Shown in pieces: positions 8,549 through 22,776 of a stretch of 64,000 bases of DNA. Below the pieces are notes generated by a model, which searched no databases, was not told where the DNA came from, and saw nothing but the letters and a program-made list of their open reading frames with translations. Location of the stretch: the NCBI RefSeq assembly GCF_009914755.1, contig NC_060925.1. One strand, written 5' to 3'. A program made the translations under genes and the position numbers. Every line of letters begins with the position of its first letter. Position 1 is the stretch's first letter. The DNA comes from the human T2T-CHM13v2.0 reference genome, Homo sapiens.

Positions 8549-11500
8549 ATGAAATTGAAATGGATGGACACATCATCGAATGGATTCGAATGGAATCATC
8601 GAAGAAAATTGATTGAAATCATCATCAAATGGAATCGAATGGTATCATTGAAAGGAATCGAATGGAATCATCATCAGATGGAAATGAATGGAATCGTCAT
8701 AGAATGGAATCGAATGGATTCATTGAATGGAATCAGATGGAATCATCGAATGGACTGGAATGGAATCATTGAATGGACACGAAAGGGATCATTATTGAAT
8801 GGAATTGAATGGAATCATCGAATGTTCTCGATTGGAATCATTATCAAATGGAATCGAATGGAATCACCGAATAGAATCGAATGGAACAATCATGGAATGG
8901 ACTCAGATGGAATTATCCTCAAATGGAATCGAATGGAATTATCGAATGCAATCGAATGGAATTATCGAATGCAATCGAATAGAATCATCGAATGGACTCG
9001 AATGGAATCATCGAATGGAATGGAATGGAACAGTCAATGAACTCGAATGGAATCATCATTGAATGGAATCGAATGGAATCATCGAGTGGAATCGAATGGA
9101 ATTATGATCAAATGGAATCGAATGTAATCATCATCAAATGGAATCAAAAATAACCATCATCAATTGGTATTGAATGGAATTGTCATCAAATGGAATTCAA
9201 AGGAATCATCATCAAGTGGAACCGAATGGAATCCTCATTGAATGGAAATGAAAGGGGTCATCATCTAATGGAATCGCATGGAATCATCATCAAATGGAAT
9301 CGAATGGAATCATCATCAAATGGAATCTAATGGAATCATTGAACAGAATTGAATGGAATCGTCATCGAATGAATTGAATGCAATCATCGAATGGTCTCGA
9401 ATGGAATCATCTTCTAATGGAAAGGAATGGAATCATCGCATAGAATCGAATGGAATTATCATCGAATGGAATCGAATGGTATCAACACCAAAAGGAAAAA
9501 AACGGAATTATCGAATGGAATCGAAGAGAATCTTCGAACGGACCCGAATGGAATCATCTAATGGAATGGAATGGAATAATCCATGGACTCGAATGCAATC
9601 ATCATCTAATGGAATCGAATGGAGTCATCGAATGGACTCGAATGGAATAATCATTGAACGGAATCGAATGGAATCATCATCGGATGGAAACGAATGGAAT
9701 CATCATCGAATGGAAATGAAAGGAGTCATCATCTAATGGAATTGCATGGAATCATCATAAAATGGAATCGAATGGAATCAACATCAAATGGAATCAAATG
9801 GAATCATTGAACGGAATTGAATGGAATCGTCATCGAATGAATTGACTGCAATCATCGAATGGTCTCGAATGGAATCATCTTCAAATGGAATGGAATGGAA
9901 TCATCGCATAGAATCGAATGGAATTATCATCGAATGGAATCGAATGGAATCAACATCAAACGGAAAAAAACAGAATTATCGTATGGAATCTAAGAGAATC
10001 ATCGAATGGACCCGAATGGAATCATCTAATGGAATGGAATGGAATAATCCATGGACTCGAATGCAATCATCATCGAATGGAATCGAATGGAATCATCGAA
10101 TGGACTCGAATGGAATAATCATTGAACGGAATAGAATGGAATCATCATCGGATGGAAATGAATGGAATCATCATCGAATGGAATCGAATACAATTATGGA
10201 AGGAAATCCAGTGTGATCATCATCGAATGGACCCGAATGGAATCATCATCCAACGGAAGCTAATGGAATCAACATCGAATGAATCGAATGGAAACACCAT
10301 CGAATTGAAACGAATGGAATTATCATGAAATTGAAATGGATGGACTCATCATCGAATGGATTCGAATGGATAAAATTGATTGAAATCATCATCAAATGGA
10401 ATCGAATGGTATCATTGAATGGAATCGAATGGAATCATCATCAGATGGAAATGAATGGAATCGTCATAGAATGGAATCGAATGGATTCATTGAATGGAAT
10501 CAGATGGAATCATCGAATGGACTGGAATGGAATCATGGAATGGACTCGAAAGGGATCATTATTGAATGGAATTGAATGGAATCATCGAATGGTCTCGATT
10601 GGAATCATTATCAAATGGAATCGAATGGAATCACCGAATAGAATCGAATGGAACAATCATCGAATGGACTCAAATGGAATTATCCTCAAATGGAATCGAA
10701 TGGAATTATCGAATGCAATCGAATGGAATTATCGAATGCAATCGAATAGAATCATCGAAAGGACTCGAATGGAATCATCGAATGGAATGGAATGGAACAG
10801 TCAATGAACTCGAATGGAATCATCATTGAATGGAATCGAATGGAATCATCGAGTGGAATTGAATGGAATTATGATCAAATGGAATCGAATGTAATCATCA
10901 TCAAATGGAATCAAAAATAACCATCATCAATTGGTATTGAATGGAATTGTCATCAAATGGAATTCAAAGGAATCATCATCAAATGGAACCGAATGGAATC
11001 CTCATTGAATGGAAATGAAAGGGGTCATCATCTAATGGAATCGCATGGAATCATCATCAAATGGAATCGAATGGAATCATCATCAAATGGAATCTAATGG
11101 AATCATTGAACAGAATTGAATGGAATCGTCATCGAATGAATTGAATGCAATCATCGAATGGTCTCGAATGGAATCATCTTCTAATGGAAAGGAATGGAAT
11201 CATCGCATAGAATCGAATGGAATTATCATCGAATGGAATCGAATGGTATCAACACCAAACGGAAAAAAACGGAATTATCGAATGGAATCGAAGAGAATCT
11301 TCGAACGGACCCGAATGGAATCATCTAATGGAATGGAATGGAATAATCCATGGACTCGAATGCAATCATCATCGAATGGAATCGAATGGAATCATCGAAT
11401 GGACTCGAATGGAATAATCATTGAACGGAATCGAATGGAATCATCATCGGATGGAAACGAATGGAATCATCATCGAATGGAAATGAAAGGAGTCATCATC

Positions 11501-14500
11501 TAATGGAATTGCATGGAATCATCATAAAATGGAATCGAATGGAATCAACATCAAATGGAATCAAATGGAATCATTGAACGGAATTGAATGGAATCGTCAT
11601 CGAATGAATTGACTGCAATCATCGAATGGTCTCGAATGGAATCATCTTCAAATGGAATGGAATGGAATCATCGCATAGAATCGAATGGAATTATCATCGA
11701 ATGGAATCGAATGGAATCAACATCAAACGGAAAAAAACAGAATTATCGTATGGAATCGAAGAGAATCATCGAAGGGACCCGAATGGAATCATCTAATGGA
11801 ATGGAATGGAATAATCCATGGACTCGAATGCAATCATCATCGAATGGAATCGAATGGAATCATCGAATGGACTCGAATGGAATAATCATTGAACGGAATC
11901 GAATGGAATCATCATCGGATGGAAATGAATGGAATCATCATCGAATGGAATCGAATAGAATTATGGAATGAAATCCAGTGTGATCATCATCGAATGGACC
12001 CGAATGGAATCATCATCCAACGGAAGCTAATGGAATCAACATCGAATGAATCGAATGGAAACACCATCGAATTGAAACGAATGGAATTATCATGAAATTG
12101 AAATGGATGGACTCATCATCGAATGGATTCGAATGGAATCATCGAATAAAATTGATTGAAATCATCATCCAATGGAATCGAATGGTATCATTGAATGGAA
12201 TCGAATGGAATCATCATCAGATGGAAATGAATGGAATCGTCATAGAATGGAATCGAATGGATTCATTGAATGGAATCAGATGGAATCATCGAATGGACTG
12301 GAATGGAATCATTGAATGGACTCGAAAGGGATCATTATTGAATGGAATTGAATGGAATCATCGAATGGTCTCGATTGGAATCATTATCAAATGGAATCGA
12401 ATGGAATCACCGAACAGAATCGAATGCAACAATCATCGAATGGACTCAAATGGAATTATCCTCAAATGGAATCGAATGGAATTATCGAATGCAATCGAAT
12501 GGAATTATCGAATGCAATCGAATAGAATCATCGAATGGACTCGAATGGAATCATCGAATGGAATGGAATGGAACAGTCAATGAACTCGAATGGAATCATC
12601 ATTGAAAGGAATCGAATGGAATCATCGAGTGGAATCGAATGGAATTATGATCAAATGGAATCGAATGTAATCATCATCAAATGGAATCAAAAATAACCAT
12701 CATCAATTGGTATTGAATGGAATTGTCATCAAATGGAATTCAAAGGAATCATCATCAAATGGAACCGAATGGAATCCTCATTGAATGGAAATGAAAGGGG
12801 TCATCATCTAATGGAATCGCATGGAATCATCATCAAATGGAATCGAATGGAATCATCATCAAATGGTATCTAATGGAATCATTGAACAGAATTGAATGGA
12901 ATCGTCATCGAATGAATTGAATGCAATCATCGAATGGTCTCGAATGGAATCATCTTCTAATGGAAAGGAATGGAATCATCGCATAGAATCGAATGGAATT
13001 ATCATCGAATGGAATCGAATGGTATCAACACCAAACGGAAAAAAACGGAATTATCGAATGGAATCGAAGAGAATCTTCGAACGGACCCGAATGGAATCAT
13101 CTAATGGAATGGAATGGAATAATCCATGGACTCGAATGCAATCATCATCGAATGGAATCGAATGGAATCATCGAATGGACTCGAATGGAATAATCATTGA
13201 ACGGAATCGAATGGAATCATCATCGGATGGAAACGAATGGAATCATCATCGAATGGAAATGAAAGGAGTCATCATCTAATGGAATTGCATGGAATCATCA
13301 TAAAATGGAATCGAATGGAATCAACATCAAATGGAATCAAATGGAATCATTGAACGGAATTGAATGGAATCGTCATCGAATGAATTGACTGCAATCATCG
13401 AATGGTCTCGAATGGAATCATCTTCAAATGGAATGGAATGGAATCATCGCATAGAATCGAATGGAATTATCATCGAATGGAATCGAATGGAATCAACATC
13501 AAACGGAAAAAAACGGAATTATCGAATGGAATCGAAGAGAATCATCGAATGGACCCGAATGGAATCATCTAATGGAATGGAATGGAATAATCCATGGACT
13601 CGAATGCAATCATCATCGAATGGAATCGAATGGAATCATCGAATGGACTCGAATGGAATAATCATTGAACGGAATCGAATGGAATCATCATCGGATGGAA
13701 ATGAATGGAATCATCATCGAATGGAATCGAATAGAATTATGGAATGAAATCCAGCGTGATCATCATCGAATGGACCCGAATGGAATCATCATCCAACGGA
13801 AGCTAATGGAATCAACATCGAATGAATCGAATGGAAACACCATCGAATTGAAACGAATGGAATTATAATGAAATTGAAATGGATGGACTCATCATCGAAT
13901 GGATTCGAATGGAATCATCGAATAAAATTGATTGAAATCATCATCCAATGGAATCGAATGGTATCATTGAATGGAATGGAATGGAATCATCATCAGATGG
14001 AAATGAATGGAATCGTCATAGAATGGAATCGAATGGATTCATTGAATGGAATCAGATGGAATCATCGAATGGACTGGAATGGAATCATTGAATGGACTCG
14101 AAAGGGATCATGATTGAATGGAATTGAATGGAATCATCGAATGGTCTCGATTGGAATCATTATCAAATGGAATCGAATGGAATCACCGAATAGAATCGAA
14201 TGGAACAGTCATCGCATGGACTCAAATGGAATTATCCTCAAATGGAATCGAATGGAATTATCGAATGCAATCGAATGGAATTATCGAATGCAATCGAATA
14301 GAATCATCGAATGGACTCGAATGGAATCATCGAATGGAATGGAATGGAACAGTCAATGAACTCGAATGGAATCATCATTGAATGGAATCGAATGGAATCA
14401 TCGAGTGGAATCGAATGGAATTATGATCAAATGGAATCGAATGTAATCATCATCAAATGGAATCAAAAATAACCATCATCAATTGGTATTGAATGGAATT

Positions 14501-17500
14501 GTCATCAAATGGAATTCAAAGGAATCATCATCAAATGGAACCGAATGGAATCCTCATTGAATGGAAATGAAAGGGGTCATCATCTAATGGAATCGCATGG
14601 AATCATCATCAAATGGAATCGAATGGAATCATCATCAAATGGAATCTAATGGAATCATTGAACAGAATTGAATGGAATCGTCATCGAATGAATTGAATGC
14701 AATCATCGAATGGTCTCGAATGGAATCATCTTCTAATGGAAAGGAATGGAATCATCGCATAGAATCGAATGGAATTATCATCGAATGGAATCGAATGGTA
14801 TCAACACCAAACGGAAAAAAACGGAATTATCGAATGGAATCGAAGAGAATCTTCGAACGGACCCGAATGGAATCATCTAATGGAATGGAATGGAATAATC
14901 CATGGACTCGAATGCAATCATCATCGAATGGAATCGAATGGAATCATCGAATGGACTCGAATGGAATAATCATTGAACGGAATCGAATGGAATCATCATC
15001 GGATGGAAACGAATGGAATCATCATCGAATGGAAATGAAAGGAGTCATCATCTAATGGAATTGCATGGAATCATCATAAAATGGAATCGAATGGAATCAA
15101 CATCAAATGGAATCAAATGGAATCATTGAACGGAATTGAATGGAATCGTCATCGAATGAATTGACTGCAATCATCGAATGGTCTCGAATGGAATCATCTT
15201 CAAATGGAATGGAATGGAATCATCGCATAGAATCGAATGGAATTATCATCGAATGGAATCGAATGGAATCAACATCAAACGGAAAAAAACGGAATTATCG
15301 AATGGAATCGAAGAGAATCATCGAATGGACCCGAATGGAATCATCTAATGGAATGGAATGGAATAATCCATGGACTCGAATGCAATCATCATCGAATGGA
15401 ATCGAATGGAATCATCGAATGGACTCGAATGGAATAATCATTGAACGGAATCGAATGGAATCATCATCGGATGGAAATGAATGGAATCATCATCGAATGG
15501 AATCGAATAGAATTATGGAATTAAATCCAGTGTGATCATCATCGAATGGACCCGAATGGAATCATCATCCAACGGAAGCTAATGGAATCAACATCGAATG
15601 AATCAAGTGGAAACACCATCGAATTGAAACGAATGGAATTATCATGAAATTGAAATGGATGGACTCATCATCGAATGGATTCGAATGGAATCATCGAATA
15701 AAATTGATTGAAATCATCATCGAATGGAATCGAATGGTATCATTGAATGGAATCGAATGGAATCATCATCAGATGGAAATGAATGGAATCGTCATAGAAT
15801 GGAATCGAATGGATTCATTGAATGGAATCAGATGGAATCATCGAATGGACTGGAATGGAATCATTGAATGGACTCGAAAGGGATCATGATTGAATGGAAT
15901 TGAATGGAATCATCGAATGGTCTCGATTGGAATCATTATCAAATGGAATCGAATGGAATCACCGAATAGAATCGAATGGAACAATCATCGAATGGACTCA
16001 AATGGAATTATCCTCAAATGGAATCGAATGGAATTATCGAATGCAATTGAATGGAATTATCGAATGCAATCGAATAGAATCATCGAATGGACTCGAATGG
16101 AATCATCGAATGGAATGGAATGGAACAGTCAATGAACTCGAATGGAATCATCATTGAATGGAATCGAATGGAATCATCGAGTGGAATCGAATGGAATTAT
16201 GATCAAATGGAATCGAATGTAATCATCATCAAATGGAATCAAAAATAACCATCATCAATTGGTATTGAATGGAATTGTCATCAAATGGAATTCAAAGGAA
16301 TCATCATCAAATGGAACCGAATGGAATCCTCATTGAATGGAAATGAAAGGGGTCATCATCTAATGGAATCGCATGGAATCATCATCAAATGGAATCGAAT
16401 GGAATCATCATCAAATGGAATCTAATGGAATCATTGAACAGAATTGAATGGAATCGTCATCGAATGAATTGAATGCAATCATCGAATGGTCTCGAATGGA
16501 ATCATCTTCTAATGGAAAGGAATGGAATCATCGCATAGAATCGAATGGAATTATCATCGAATGGAATCGAATGGTATCAACACCAAACGGAAAAAAACGG
16601 AATTATCGAATGGAATCGAAGAGAATCTTCGAACGGACCCGAATGGAATCATCTAATGGAATGGAATGGAATAATCCATGGACTCGAATGCAATCATCAT
16701 CGAATGGAATCGAATGGAATCATCGAATGGACTCGAATGGAATAATCATTGAACGGAATCGAATGGAATCATCATCGGATGGAAACGAATGGAATCAACA
16801 TCGAATTGAAATGAAAGGAGTCATCATCTAATGGAATTGCATGGAATCATCATAAAATGGAATCGAATGGAATCAACATCAAATGGAATCAAATGGAATC
16901 ATTGAACGGAATTGAATGGAATCGTCATCGAATGAATTGACTGCAATCATCGAATGGTCTCGAATGGAATCATCTTCAAATGGAATGGAATGGAATCATC
17001 GCATAGAATCGAATGGAATTATCATCGAATGGAATCGAATGGAATCAACATCAAACGGAAAAAAACGGAATTATCGAATGGAATCGAAGAGAATCATCGA
17101 ATGGACCCAAATGGAATCATCTAATGGAATGGAATGGAATAATCCATGGACTCGAATGCAATCATCATCGAATGGAATCGAATGGAATCATCGAATGAAC
17201 TCGAATGGAATCATCATTGAATGGAATCGAATGGAATCATCGAGTGGAATCGAATGGAATTATGATCAAATGGAATCGAATGTAATCATCATCAAATGGA
17301 ATCAAAAATAACCATCATCAATTGGTATTGAATGGAATTGTCATCAAATGGAATTCAAAGGAATCATCATCAAATGGAACCGAATGGAATCCTCATTGAA
17401 TGGAAATGAAAGGGGTCATCATCTAATGGAATCGCATGGAATCATCATCAAATGGAATCGAATGGAATCATCATCAAATGGAATCTAATGGAATCATTGA

Positions 17501-20500
17501 ACAGAATTGAATGGAATCGTCATCGAATGAATTGAATGCAATCATCGAATGGTCTCGAATGGAATCATCTTCTAATGGAAAGGAATGGAATCATCGCATA
17601 GAATCGAATGGAATTATCATCGAATGGAATCGAATGGTATCAACACCAAACTGAAAAAAACGGAATTATCGAATGGAATCGAAGAGAATCTTCGAACGGA
17701 CCCGAATGGAATCATCTAATGGAATGGAATGGAATAATCCATGGACTCGAATGCAATCATCATCGAATGGAATCGAATGGAATCATCGAATGGACTCGAA
17801 TGGAATAATCATTGAACGGAATCGAATGGAATCATCATCGGATGGAAACGAATGGAATCATCATCGAATGGAAATGAAAGGAGTCATCATCTAATGGAAA
17901 TGCATGGAATCATCATAAAATGGAATCGAATGGAATCAACATCAAATGGAATCAAATGGAATCATTGAACGGAATTGAATGGAATCGTCATCGAATGAAT
18001 TGAATGCAATCATCGAATGGTCTCGAATGGAATCATCTTCAAATGGAATGGAATGGAATCATCGCATAGAATCGAATGGAATTATCATCGAATGGAATCG
18101 AATGGAAACAACATCAAACGGAAAAAAACGGAATTATCGAATGGAATCGAAGAGAATCATCGAATGGACCCGAATGGAATCATCTAATGGAATGGAATGG
18201 AATAATCCATGGACTCGAATGCAATCATCATCGAATGGAATCGAATGGAATCATCGAATGGACTCGAATGGAATAATCATTGAACGGAAACGAATGGAAT
18301 CATCATCGGATGGAAATGAATGGAATCATCATCGAATAGAATCGAATAGAATTATGGAATGAAATCCAGTGTGATCATCATCGAATGGACCCGAATGGAA
18401 TCATCATCCAACGGAAGCTAATGGAATCAACATCGAATGAATCGAATGGAAACACCATCGAATTGAAACGAATGGAATTATCATGAAATTGAAATGGATG
18501 GACTCATCATCGAATGGATTCGAATGGAATCATCGAATAAAATTGATTGAAATCATCATCGAATGGAATCGAATGGTATCATTGAATGGAATCGAATGGA
18601 ATCATCATCAGATGGAAATGAATGGAATCGTCATAGAATGGAATCGAATGGATTCATTGAATGGAATCAGATGGAATCATCGAATGGACTGGAATGGAAT
18701 CATTGAATGGACTCGAAAGGGATCATGATTGAATGGAATTGAATGGAATCATCGAATGGTCTCGATTGGAATCATTATCAAATGGAATCGAATGGAATCA
18801 CCGAATAGAATCGAATGGAACAATCATCGAATGGACTCAAATGGAATTATCCTCCAATGGAATCGAATGGAATTATCGAATGCAATCGAATGGAATTATC
18901 GAATGCAATCGAATAGAATCATCGAATGGACTCGAATGGAATCATCGAATGGAATGGAATGGAACAGTCAATGAACTCGAATGGAATCATCATTGAATGG
19001 AATCGAATGGAATCATCGAGTGGAATCGAATGGAATTATGATCAAATGGAATCGAATGTAATCATCATCAAATGGAATCAAAAATAACCATCATCAATTG
19101 GTATTGAATGGAATTGTCATCAAATGGAATTCAAAGGAATCATCATCAAATGGAACCGAATGGAATCCTCATTGAATGGAAATGAAAGGGGTCATCATCT
19201 AATGGAATCGCATGGAATCATCATCAAATGGAATCGAACGGAATCATCATCAAATGGAATCTAATGGAATCATTGAACAGAATTGAATGGAATCGTCATC
19301 GAATGAATTGAATGCAATCATCGAATGGTCTCGAATGGAATCATCTTCTAATGGAAAGGAATGGAATCATCGCATAGAATCGAATGGAATTATCATCGAA
19401 TGGAATCGAATGGTATCAACACCAAACGGAAAAAAACGGAATTATCGAATGGAATCGAAGAGAATCTTCGAACGGACCTGAATGGAATCATCTAATGGAA
19501 TGGAATGGAATAATCCATGGACTCGAATGCAATCATCATCGAATGGAATCGAATGGAATCATCGAATGGACTCGAATGGAATAATCATTGAACGGAATCG
19601 AATGGAATCATCATCGGATGGAAACGAATGGAATCATCATCGAATGGAAATGAAAGGAGTCATCATCTAATGGAATTGCATGGAATCATCATAAAATGGA
19701 ATCGAATGGAATCAACATCAAATGGAATCAAATGGAATCATTGAACGGAATTGAATGGAATCGTCATCGAATGAATTGACTGCAATCATCGAATGGTCTC
19801 GAATGGAATCATCTTCAAATGGAATGGAATGGAATCATCGCATAGAATCGAATGGAAGTATCATCGAATGGAATCGAATGGAATCAACATCAAACGGAAA
19901 AAAACGGAATTATCGAATGGAATCGAAGAGAATCATCGAATGGACCCGAATGGAATCATCTAATGGAATGGAATGGAATAATCCATGGACTCGAATGCAA
20001 TCATCATCGAATGGAATCGAATGGAATCATCGAATGAACTCGAATGGAATCATCATTGAATGGAATCGAATGGAATCATCGAGTGGAATCGAATGGAATT
20101 ATGATCAAATGGAATCGAATGTAATCATCATCAAATGGAATCAAAAATAACCATCATCAATTGGTATTGAATGGAATTGTCATCAAAAGGAATTCAAAGG
20201 AATCATCATCAAATGGAACCGAATGGAATCCTCATTGAATGGAAATGAATGGGGTCATCATCTAACGGAATCGCATGGAATCATCATCAAATGGAATCGA
20301 ATGGAATCATCATCAAATGGAATCTAATGGAATCATTGAACAGAATTGAATGGAATCGTCATCGAATGAATTGAATGCAATCATCGAATGGTCTCGAATG
20401 GAATCATCTTCTAATGGAAAGGAATGGAATCATCGCATAGAATCGAATGGAATTATCATCGAATGGAATCGAATGGTATCAACACCAAACGGAAAAAAAC

Positions 20501-20853
20501 GGAATTATCGAATGGAATCGAAGAGAATCTTCGAACGGACCCGAATGGAATCATCTAATGGAATGGAATGGAATAATCCATGGACTCGAATGCAATCATC
20601 ATCGAATGGAATCGAATGGAATCATCGAATGGACTCGAATGGAATAATCATTGAACGGAAACGAATGGAATCATCATCGGATGGAAATGAATGGAATCAT
20701 CATCGAATGGAATCGAATAGAATTATGGAATGAAATCCAGTGTGATCATCATCGAATGGACCCGAATGGAATCATCATCCAACGGAAGCTAATGGAATCA
20801 ACATCGAATGAATCGAATGGAAACACCATCGAATTGAAACGAATGGAATTATC

Positions 20854-22776
20854 ATGAAATTGAAATGGATGGACTCATCATCGAATGGATTCGAATGGAA
20901 TCATCGAATAAAATTGATTGAAATCATCATCGAATGGAATCGAATTGTATCATTGAATGGAATCGAATGGAATCATCATCAGATGGAAATGAATGGAATC
21001 GTCATAGAATGGAATCGAATGGATTCATTGAATGGAATCAGATGGAATCATCGAATGGACTGGAATGGAATCATTGAATGGACTCAAAAGGGATCATGAT
21101 TGAATGGAGTTGAATGGAATCATCGAATGGTCTCGATTGGAATCATTATCAAATGGAATCGAATGGAATCACCGAATAGAATCGAATGGAACAATCATCG
21201 AATGGACTCAAATGGAATTATCCTCCAATGGAATCGAATGGAATTATCGAATGCAATCGAATGGAATTATCGAATGCAATCGAATAGAATCATCGAATGG
21301 ACTCGAATGGAATCATCGAATGGAATGGAATGGAACAGTCAATGAACTCGAATGGAATCATCATTGAATGGAATCGAATGGAATCATCGAGTGGAATCGA
21401 ATGGAATTATGATCAAATGGAATCGAATATAATCATCATCAAATGGAATCAAAAATAACCATCATCAATTGGTATTGAATGGAATTCTCATCAAATGTAA
21501 TTCAAAAGAATCATCATCAAATGGAACTGAATGGAATCCTCATTGAATGGAAATGAAAGGGGTCATCATCTAATGGAATCGCATGGAATCATCATCAAAT
21601 GGAATCGAATGGAATCATCATCAAATGGAATCTGATGGAATCATTGAACAGAATTGAATGGAATCGTCATCGAATGAATTGAATGCAATCATCGAATGGT
21701 CTCGAATGCAATCACATTCTAATGGAAAGGAATGGAATCATCGCATAGAATCGAATGGAATTAACATTGAATGGACTCGAATGGAATCAACATCAAACGG
21801 AATCAAGCGGAATTATCGAATGGAATCGAAGAGAATCATCGAATGGACTCGAATGGAATCATCTTCTAATGGAAAGGAATGGAATCATCGCATAGAATCG
21901 AATGGAATTATCATCGAATGGAATCGAATGGTATCAACACCAAACGGAAAAAAACGGAATTATCGAATGGAATCGAAGAGAATCTTCGAACGGACCCGAA
22001 TGGAATCATCTAATGGAATGGAATGGAATAATCCATGGACTCGAATGCAATCATCATCGAATGGAATCGAATGGAATCATCGAATGGACTCGAATGGAAT
22101 AATCATTGAACGGAATCGAATGGAATCATCATCGGATGGAAACGAATGGAATCATCATCGAATGGAAATGAAAGGAGTCATCATCTAATGGAATTGCATG
22201 GAATCATCATAAAATGGAATCGAATGGAATCAACATCAAATGGAATCAAATGGAATCATTGAACGGAATTGAATGGAATCGTCATCGAATGAATTGACTG
22301 CAATCATCGAATGGTCTCGAATGGAATCATCTTCAAATGGAATGGAATGGAATCATCGCATAGAATCGAATGGAATTATCATCGAATGGAATCGAATGGA
22401 ATCAACATCAAACGGAAAAAAACAGAATTATCGTATGGAATCGAAGAGAATCATCGAAGGGACCCGAATGGAATCATCTAATGGAATGGAATGGAATAAT
22501 CCATGGACTCGAATGCAATCATCATCGAATGGAATCGAATGGAATCATCGAATGGACTCGAATGGAATAATCATTGAACGGAATCGAATGGAATCATCAT
22601 CGGATGGAAATGAATGGAATCATCATCGAATGGAATCGAATAGAATTATGGAATGAAATCCAGTGTGATCATCATCGAATGGACCCGAATGGAATCATCA
22701 TCCAACGGAAGCTAATGGAATCAACATCGAATGAATCGAATGGAAACACCATCGAATTGAAACGAATGGAATTATC
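20854..22776 (+). repeat. 1,923-bp variant unit (1776 + 147 insertion)
   Basis: Anchor spacing 20854 to 22777. The insertion at 21706-21852 matches the one at 961-1107. Confidence 0.9.
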
